The notes under the pieces are model-generated. The model was not told where the DNA came from. It searched no databases and saw only the letters and a program-made list of their open reading frames with translations. This document shows positions 56,265 through 64,000 of a stretch of 64,000 bases of DNA, in pieces. The stretch is from the NCBI GenBank assembly GCA_000004985.1, contig GG738854.1; one strand, given 5' to 3'. This DNA is from Naegleria gruberi. Taxonomy: Eukaryota. The translations under genes were made by a program, and so were the position numbers. Positions within the stretch are counted from its first letter, which is position 1, and every line of letters begins with the position of its first letter.

Positions 56265-56707
56265 CGTGTGTCTAGCTTCTTTAAATTTGATGACGGTTGT
56301 GTTGTGGTCAATGAATTGCCGGCATAAAATCTTTGTGAGATTCAAAGACCAAAATTATTTGTGAGATGCAAACACAATTTTTTTCTTCTTGAAAAGAGTG
56401 GAAAATGCGTTGTGAATCTTAATTACGGTTAGACTAATAAGGGGAAATTTTCCGTATTTGGTCCCTTAATAGAATTTATTTTTTGAAAAAGATGGAAGTT
56501 TATTTTAGAAAATGATAAGAAAGGGGTTTTGAAATGTCAATGAAGGGTCATGACAGTATTGAGATAACAGTGGACAGAATCTGTCATCGAATTGACACCT
56601 GGCAGTTTGTTTGAAATGAACAGAGATAAACAAACGGTAAAAAAATGCCTCTCCTTAACAGCTCAACTAAAGATAATGACCTGCAAGCTTCCAGAAATTC
56701 AAAAGCA

Positions 56708-58302
56708 GTTAAAAACGACGTACCGAAACATCACCAACTATCATTAATCAAGGAATCAATAACAGCAATGGGGAATTAGTTTTCAATAATGGACGAAACA
56801 GACACTTTACTGCCAATAATTACAAAGTTCTCTATGAAGAGTTGATGAACAACCCAAAAGGAAGAGAAATCTTTCAGAAATATCTGAAAAATGAAGCATG
56901 TAGCGAAGAGCCAATTCTTTTCCTTAATGAAATGGATGAATTACGAGTCTAATATAACAAGATTAATAATTCGAATGAAATTTCATTGAAATTATGGAAG
57001 AAATATTTGGAGAAATTGTTTCGTATGGTTGAGAAATTCATCAGAGAGAAGAGTAATACTGAATTAAATCTTCAAGAAGCTCAACAGGAAAAATTATTGA
57101 GGAAAATTGATGAAGAAATTGCACCGCAATTTTCAAGAATATTTCTTTGTAATAATGGAGGAAAGAAAGTTTCGTCTCCTTCCTCGCCCTCTTCGCCAAC
57201 AAGTTCAAAAAGCTCCAAGTCAACCGAAAGCTATGAATCTTTCAGTAACCAATCTGTTGAATCAATAATAGAACAAGAATTGCAGAGCTATCTCAATATT
57301 GTCGATCCAGATGTATTATTTAATGAAATTGTCATATCAGTGAATGTTGATTTAAAGCTGGATCAATTTCCACGATTTTCCAGAAGTAAATTTCTCCTTG
57401 ATTTCCTTAACAAGCAAGGTGAAGCTTTCACCAGATCCATAGCCATCGATGTGTCCAGAGGATTTCACGTGGACATTCGATTTCTCCCAAAAGATTTATC
57501 CAAAAACTTTATCTACGACAAGGACATTTTCTTTGGATTTAGTTTAATTGAAGATTCACCAGATTGGCAAGTCATTCCTTGCTCTGCCATGTCAAACCAA
57601 GCTCAACTCTACCACTCCAACACATCCTACATATTTGGAAATAATGCAACTGGTATGAAACTCTACAAGATGGTCACAATTCTGCCCTACAAACTGGAAG
57701 ATGTCTTTTCAGCATTTTGTTTCATTCAAGGTGAAGACACTGGAGATCGATTGACTGAAAATCGAATCATTGGATCAAATGCTCCCAAACAGGCCATGTC
57801 CATGACTGGAGTGGATGAGAAGACTAATCCACTTGCCATTCGATATGTCACTTCATCATTGAAATTGTTACTTCCTGGACTAAAGGAAAGAGAATTTCCA
57901 AGAAGTTTAACTTGTGTCTATGATTGTGGATTGGATGCTTATATTAATGTTGGACACACGAGTCGTTATTCATTTCATGATGTGTCGAAAGAGAGAGTGG
58001 AGATGGATATGTTCTTTGTAAATATCATGTATCGAATAGGAGATTCGACAAGATTCGTATATGTTATTTACAGTGATGCACATACGCCCAAGGTATTGGA
58101 TTCGATGTTTGCAAAGGCTCATTGGAAACAACGTTGTGTGAGATTGGAACAAACATTCTTTCAATTATTACAAACTCACCAAACAAGTGAACTTTCAGAT
58201 AATTTTAAACTAAAAGAACTAGTTGAAGAAAACCTGAAAGCACATCCTCAAAAATCATGGTACAGAGATTATCTGAGTTTGTTTCATAATAAATCTCTCT
58301 AA
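56708..58302 (+). CDS. RGS-domain protein, copy 2, larger paralogue. There is an in-frame TAA at 56950-56952 at a conserved Glu position, and no in-frame ATG upstream of the RGS block. Possibly a pseudogene, or the 5' exon structure is unresolved.
   Basis: Frame-C translation ...NNYKVLYEELMNNPKGREIFQKYLKNEACSEEPILFLNEMDELRV*YNKINN aligns with copy 1 ...DNYCLIYEEVMTCQETRNIFKEFLKENMAEEPLLYLDECEKYKVEYAKLKE. Specifically GTC TAA TAT AAC AAG aligns with GTG GAA TAT GCC AAG. Downstream, 438 codons are open to 58302. Confidence 0.55.
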
Positions 58303-58511
58303 TTTTTAAATAACTCAGCTCCGAAAGACCTTGTTTATATGTATTCGAAAGTTAACAGATGTAAATAAGGAAGTTTTTACTAATTTAACAAAATAAATAG
58401 CCTCTTTGAAAGATTCACCTTACAATCTCCTTCCTTTTGTAAATAGCATTGGACAAATAGTCGGTGATGAAGTATGCTGATGTCAACTGTTAAAACATCA
58501 TAAAAAACAAA

Positions 58512-59633
58512 ATGACTTCTATCATCACCAACCAAACCTATGTCATTACTGCAACAACTGCTGATAGTGTTGCAAACCTTGTTGTTGATAGTGTAACTTT
58601 GATGGCAACAGCTCTCGTGATTATTCCAACACTCATTGTTTATTTCAAGAGAGATTCGTATTTGATTTTTAAAAGTCTAGTAGAAACTTGCAATTCGAAC
58701 ATGCATGCACCAGATCCCAGAACCAAATCAAAAGGTTTCTTCTTTTGCTTGATGAATAGTTTAGTTTTATTTCTGATATATCGAGTACTCATCGAAGGAC
58801 TCACAATCGCTCAGCACACTCAAGAATTACGAAAGAATGTCGAAACCTTTGTATTATTATTGAATATAAGAAGAATTTTAGATTACATTGGCATGTATTG
58901 GTTCTTAACCTTATTCACATTCATCATCCCAATTTGGATGAAAGTTTGCATTACATGGATTTCCACACAACGAAACCGAAAAATCATGAAAATTACAATT
59001 GGAATTCTTCTCATTCTTGTCAATGTGTTGGGATTCTGTGGTTTCTTACCAGTTACTGTCTTGTCAATTATTAGTGCAATTGATACAAATTTTGAGAGTA
59101 ATGATTTATTGAGAAAGATTTTAACTTATGGAATTGGAACACCACTTGTTGGTATTTCAACTGCAATTGTTTTCTTTTTGAGTATTGGAGTGGTGGTAAT
59201 GATTGTTATCATGTTGAGAGATGCTTCAAAGAAACAACCTGATAATAGTGAGCAATATCACATTCAAAGACAAGCTATTGTCAAATTGACTGTTGGAGTT
59301 ATTGTTTTGGCAGCTGCTGTCTTGATTGAAACAATTGGAGTTGCTGTGAATGGAGCTAATGTTCCAAATTATATTGTATTTCCATTGGCTAAGGGAATTC
59401 CATATGTTTTCTTTGCATTGTGTGTGGATTTAATATTTTGGCCATTTCCTCTGCCAATTCTGAGTCAACCAGTGCAATTTGTCATGCAAGAATTGAAGTT
59501 TTCCACCATTGTTAATTTACCATCAATAGAAAAGAAGAAGAAATTGGAGCAACAAGCAACACTCAGTAATCAATCCGCTAATCCTGAGACTAAACATGAG
59601 GAAATTCAATTGGAAGATCAATCAAATGTTTAA
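58512..59633 (+). CDS. Seven-transmembrane receptor-like protein (putative GPCR-like).
   Basis: Seven hydrophobic helices: LMATALVIIPTLIVYF, FFFCLMNSLVLFLIYRVLIEGL, YWFLTLFTFIIPIWMKVCITWI, ITIGILLILVNVLGFCGFLPVTVLSIISAI, IGTPLVGISTAIVFFLSIGVVVMIVIML, IVKLTVGVIVLAAAVLIETIGVAV, PYVFFALCVDLIFWPFPLPIL. Extracellular N-terminus and charged C-terminal tail. ATG after aaaaaacaaaATG. Confidence 0.65.
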   Translation: MTSIITNQTYVITATTADSVANLVVDSVTLMATALVIIPTLIVYFKRDSYLIFKSLVETCNSNMHAPDPRTKSKGFFFCLMNSLVLFLIYRVLIEGLTIAQHTQELRKNVETFVLLLNIRRILDYIGMYWFLTLFTFIIPIWMKVCITWISTQRNRKIMKITIGILLILVNVLGFCGFLPVTVLSIISAIDTNFESNDLLRKILTYGIGTPLVGISTAIVFFLSIGVVVMIVIMLRDASKKQPDNSEQYHIQRQAIVKLTVGVIVLAAAVLIETIGVAVNGANVPNYIVFPLAKGIPYVFFALCVDLIFWPFPLPILSQPVQFVMQELKFSTIVNLPSIEKKKKLEQQATLSNQSANPETKHEEIQLEDQSNV

Positions 59634-59982
59634 TTATTTCTCTGATATTAGAAAGTGTTTTAAATTATTTGAATGAATTCCCTTACTGGGCCATCACTTG
59701 AAACCAACTTTTGTGAACTTGAAGATTTCTTCCCTCCTATCCTCTGATTTCACAGAACATTGTAAATCAAAACAATAAATCATGTTTGTTTGCCAATGTT
59801 AACAAAAATTACTTCCTCTTGTTCGTGTAACCAACTAAAATGCAAACTCTTTAGCATGTAGGATCATCGTCAAAATAATTCTCCTCCCGCATATTTTGTG
59901 AACTTGAAAAAATAATTATTATTTTAAAAAAATTCTCAAAGGCTTCCCTGCAGGGTTTTATTATTTACTCATCATCTCCATA

Positions 59983-61028
59983 ATGTCGCAGAGATATTGT
60001 GTTCAACAAGCCTTGTTGTTGGTGCTGCTTGCTTGTTGTAGTGTTGTACTTGCTCAAAAATCGTACACTATCAATTCTATTAATTCTGTAGTTTATGTAT
60101 CATCGGGAAGTTGTGATGTGTCGGTTGTTGAGACTTATGTTTATGACTTTTTAGGATCTTATTCGACTGTTGCTAGAGCTATTCCATATACTATTGCTGC
60201 ATCATCTGCATTTCAAACTAGCTCATTGAAGGTTGATGTTTTAACTCCTGGATATTCCGTTTCAAAGTATACTAGTGATCAACAAGATGCCAAGTTTATT
60301 GTGGTAAATATTAGTCCTTCTACTCCTTCTGGTACCTCTACTAGAATGAGTATTCGTTATTCTTATTCTCTTACTGGACCTATTCGTCAATCAGGTGTAA
60401 GTATTACTATTATTTCACATTATTTCAACATGTTAATTTGTCATCTTGTGAAATAATTTCATTAAAATTCATCATCATATGGATATTGAACAATAATTGG
60501 AAATATCAATAACAGGGAAATAATCAAGTCACCTACTATTACAAGGAAGGAACTGAAATCAACAACTTGAATGCCACCTTCACCTTTGATTCATCAATTG
60601 ATTTGAAGGGAAGTTTAGTACCATCTGTTGGAGGTGTTGTAGTTGGAAATTCTGTCAACTTCCAAAAGATATCAATCTTCTCAAACACTGCCTTCCAACC
60701 ATCAGTTTCATTCAACACAATTTCTGGTCAGTTCAACAAGTGTAGTGGTCCTTCGTCTTCTGACCTTTTAACTATTATAGTTGTTGTGGTTGTCGTTGCT
60801 GTGTGTATTTGCATTTCCATCGTTTGTAGTATTCTTGGTTTCTTTAGAAGAGCTGTTAGTAATACTTTAGGATTTACAAGATGGGGAGGTTCTTCATCCT
60901 ATGGTTATGTTTCCAATGATTATGGACATCACCATCATCATTACCATTCTGGAGGTCATCATTCATACAGTGGTGGTGGAAGTAGTAGTCGTGGTAGTAT
61001 GACAGGCACCAGTGGTTTTGCTAATTAA
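59983..61028 (+). CDS. Type-I membrane protein with a His/Gly/Ser-rich cytoplasmic tail. Two exons: 59983..60396 and 60516..61028.
   Basis: Signal peptide MSQRYCVQQALLLVLLACCSVVLA. The 119-nt intron 60397..60515 (GTAAGT...AACAG) joins ...GPIRQSG to GNNQVTYYYKEGTE in frame. TM: LLTIIVVVVVVAVCICISIVCSILGFF. Tail: GHHHHHYHSGGHHSYSGGGSSS. Confidence 0.65.
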
Positions 61029-61270
61029 AATTGAAATAATTATCATCCAAACTTTTAGGTGCTCTTTTTTACCGTTACATTCTTTTAAAAAAAAATAGAA
61101 AATGGCATCATGTTGGATGAGTAGGAAGAGTAGTATAGTAGGTTGTGAACAAAATTATTGTTTTATTCATTGTTCAAATACTGTTGTTATTATTATTGGG
61201 AAAGCAAAATTGGGAGAACTCTTCTAGATTACAAGGTATCGGGAATTAGTACTAATTCTATTATAGCAAA

Positions 61271-61951
61271 TTACAATAGATTACTAATCTTGACTCTATC
61301 AAAACGTTTGGCTATTAGCGAAATGTCTTCATTGGAATATTTGGTTATCAGGTTTGGATAATTCAATACAAAATCAACAGCCAAATCGATTGCTCTTGAA
61401 TTTTCCTTATTGGAACTTGACTTTTGGTTTAACAGAGATTGAATTCTTCTATATGGCCAACGTTCAATATTGAGTCTAGTCTTGATTCTTTTGAGTTTGC
61501 TCTTGGAACACCCTAAACGCTTTGCAGCTTCATTCTCTGGAAGGAAAAAGTGCTTTTTAATATCATCATAACAAATGTAACTCTTTTGATTGGAACTAGT
61601 TCTATTGCATCGAATGATTTGAGATTGGTGTGAGGTTGTAAACTTATTCTTCAAGTCTACTGATCTCATTCTTGACTTGCTATTGCATTCTTCTTCATTG
61701 GAACTTGAAGAAGATGTATTATCATCAAGAATGACTGTTTTACGAGTACGTTTGCTACTTCTTTTCAGTATCGAACCATTTTCATCAGAGTTTTGGCTTG
61801 ATGCTGATGTATAGTCTGGAGCAATTGGAATACGAGTGGATGTTTTTACATTGGATAACGAACAATCAGAATATTCCAAATCACTAGTATTGGATCTATC
61901 TCTCTTCATACTGATTGGATGTATTGTCACTACTGAGTTTAAGGTGAGCAT
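61271..61951 (-). CDS. RWP-RK domain transcription-factor-like protein.
   Basis: Ser-rich N-terminal region, then ICYDDIKKHFFLPENEAAKRLGCSKSKLKRIKTRLNIERWPYRRIQSL, which contains the RWPxRK signature. Confidence 0.75.
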   Translation of the reverse strand: MLTLNSVVTIHPISMKRDRSNTSDLEYSDCSLSNVKTSTRIPIAPDYTSASSQNSDENGSILKRSSKRTRKTVILDDNTSSSSSNEEECNSKSRMRSVDLKNKFTTSHQSQIIRCNRTSSNQKSYICYDDIKKHFFLPENEAAKRLGCSKSKLKRIKTRLNIERWPYRRIQSLLNQKSSSNKENSRAIDLAVDFVLNYPNLITKYSNEDISLIAKRFDRVKISNLL

Positions 61952-63302
61952 GTTGTTATAGTTCTTCTTAATAATAGGGATGAAAATGTTTTTCTATTGG
62001 AAAGAGTTTGATCTTGGCAGGACGAATATCGTGGAGGTGGTTAATAATTATTATATTGGACGAGTTCGTGGAATGGTGTTGAGATCAGAGTAATATACAC
62101 AAGAGAGAGAGAGGAGGAATTAAAGTTGTTTTTTTTGAATGTGCTACTTTATCTCAGTAAGGGTGAGTGTTTAAATTGTGAGGAGGATTACACTGAATGA
62201 TTCGCTTAAATGCAACAACAAACTGCTTACTTGTCTCAATTATCAAGAGAGGTACCACCTAAAAGTACGTTCAAGGAATTGGAGTTAACAGGAGCGCGAG
62301 ATTTGAGTGCAAAAATCTAGCGCTACTGTGTTTTACTGTAATTTTGCACCATTTACTTTGTTTTACAGCGCTTAATTTGTGCATTCAAAATGCTAGAAAT
62401 GATTGTGTCATTGAGTAATGAGTCCAAACGGTTTATTTCAACGGTTAGAGTGGTGGTGTCAAACGAAAATATTATGTGGAGAATCTTCAAACGAAAACAT
62501 TACTTGGAAGAATGATGATATGTAGGACAATCATGATAAGTATTAATGAGTTTTGCAAATAATTGAGTAATGGCTCAATTCTTTGCTCAACTAACGCAAC
62601 AATTAATGGCTTGGTTGTTGAACAAACTCAGGAACACAAGGAACAAGATTATTGGAAGGTTAACTTTATACACTGAGATCTTGCGTTGGAGTTTTTGCAC
62701 CAATTTGTTGCCATTACGGTCGCATATTTTCCATTATTTCACTAGGTGAATCTATTAAGCACACAAAAGATTTTTCACACAATGAAAATTTATCAACATA
62801 TCAAATGAATGAGACAAATACCGTGAGTGGAATCATCAGCTTAATAGTTACAGAAGATTGGACAATTTATTTCTTTGGAAACAAGTGGCTTGGTAATGAA
62901 GTTGGGACAAGATGAAGAAAATTCACCTCAAAAACAAATTTTCCTCATCTGACCGATCTGTAAGGATCAAATGTAATAGGACTATTCCACAAGTTCATCA
63001 TTATCTCCCTCAAGAGCTCTTCAACTGGTCCTTCAGGTACTGGTGTTGTTCCTTCTGATCCTTCTGCTACCATTGCAGAGAAGGGTAAGATAATTTCCTA
63101 TTGTTCTGTCTTTGAGCTTTAGATTTCTTGGTGTTGGATTTGCCATTACGTTGTGGTCTCGAACGTTTTTGAATGGAGGTGAAAGTTTGATGAGTTTGAT
63201 GAGTTGTAGTATGAGCGATCATACAGAGGATGAAGAATTTGAATGAACAACAATAACATGCAGATTATCCAGAAGAATATTGCTTTGCGATGAAGCATCT
63301 TG

Positions 63303-64000
63303 TTCTAGGCTACTTTTTTCGCCTGAAAAACAGGCAAAAAATATTTAGGCCAAAAAAAATAGCCTAAAATGTCTAGGCGCAAAATAGTAGGGTGCTTATT
63401 TGATGGACAAAAGTTCTTGGTGTTGCCTTGTATGTATTAATAACACCGAACAAATACACGTTCCATTATTTTCCACCATTAAGAAAAAATATTTCAGCCC
63501 AAACACACATTGGGAACACTTTGGTGATTTTCAGAGTGATTTCACCCCATGAATCCACCAAACTTTCACATCATCATCTCAACATCATCCTAATAGTATT
63601 ACTGGTAGTATTTTTTATTATTGGATTGTGATTATAAATTTGGAATTTAATTTTCACTTGGGAAAAATTCAAGTTGGTAAACCATCATCGGAACAACTTC
63701 CAACCATCATCATTGTTATTTATCATCATTATAATAGTAATATTTGTGGAAATAAATCTGATAATAGTAATATTTTAGTGAAATTCAATATTTTCACTAA
63801 AATCATCATCACTGCCAGATTCATATGGTAATTTGGAAAACTTTCAATCTAGTATTGTTCAGCATGGTCGATTCCATCAGGTAAAATCACTTCCGAACAT
63901 TTTCCTATTGGTTATCATCATGATAGGTTCATGTATATTTTCAACATGTACATGGACCATAACTCAACATGTACTTCACCAACTTGGAAAATGTCTTTCA
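63303..64000. repeat. Dispersed repeat, copy B. It runs to the window end and is identical to copy A from 63401 onward. Its 5' boundary shares gttctaggctactttt with copy A but then carries an extra 55-bp insertion.
   Basis: Base-for-base identity of 63401..64000 with 25691..26290. The ORFs over it (63428..63631, 63628..63831) are spurious duplicates of those in copy A. Confidence 0.8.

Noticed and set aside
1-64000. Prokaryotic interpretation (operons, defence islands, CRISPR).
   Set aside because: GT-AG introns restore conserved motifs in many genes. Starts follow A-runs rather than Shine-Dalgarno-like sequences. tRNAs carry introns. There are no CRISPR-like direct repeats. The sequence is eukaryotic nuclear DNA.
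1-64000. Reassigned genetic code (in-frame TAA, TAG and TGA all read as sense).
   Set aside because: Only three isolated in-frame stops were found, against several ORFs of 860-1385 codons with none. Genes end normally on TAA, TGA or TAG. Pseudogenes, errors or rare readthrough are more consistent with the data.

Overview
This window is eukaryotic nuclear DNA, not prokaryotic. It is AT-rich (roughly one-third GC by eye) and very gene-dense, with about 35 protein-coding genes on both strands. Most ATG starts are preceded by a run of A. Introns are short spliceosomal introns, mostly 43-58 nt and a few 119-188 nt, with GTAAGT/GTATGT/GTAGGT...AG boundaries. I worked these out by hand from reading-frame continuity and family motifs. 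Asn- and Gln-rich tracts are common. The gene content is: phospholipase-B-like, an RWP-RK factor, RGS-domain proteins, DEG/ENaC-like channel subunits, many TKL-type receptor kinases, NHL and RCC1 repeat proteins, and intron-containing tRNAs. This fits an amoeboid protist (Amoebozoa- or Heterolobosea-like), but I cannot name the species.

The most distinctive content is a dispersed family of four type-I receptor kinases. Their ectodomains are built from chlamydial-Pmp-like parallel beta-helix repeats (GGAIY/FxxN); two of the four kinase domains are interrupted by short introns (one with a probable 6-nt micro-exon), and the other two are single-exon.

Other features include a tandem pair of DEG/ENaC-like channel genes (one decayed), a convergent pair of identical intron-containing tRNA genes in an inverted repeat, a tRNA-Lys(UUU), and two RGS paralogues that each carry an in-frame stop codon at a conserved position. 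One RGS gene sits directly upstream of a 7TM receptor-like gene. There is an F-box/ubiquitin-like/2OG-oxygenase fusion, a bacterial-type peptidase T with a signal peptide and an intron, a non-autonomous DNA-transposon-like element with 72-bp TIRs and a 5-bp TSD plus two identical related repeat copies, and GC-rich E2F-like motifs (TTTGGCGCGAA) in several promoters.

There are no CRISPR arrays, operons or prokaryotic defence systems. Several ORFs in the supplied track are translations of tRNAs, antisense strands or repeats and are rejected. Any 'M' at an ORF-track start may be a TTG or GTG alternative start, so I re-anchored starts on ATG codons.
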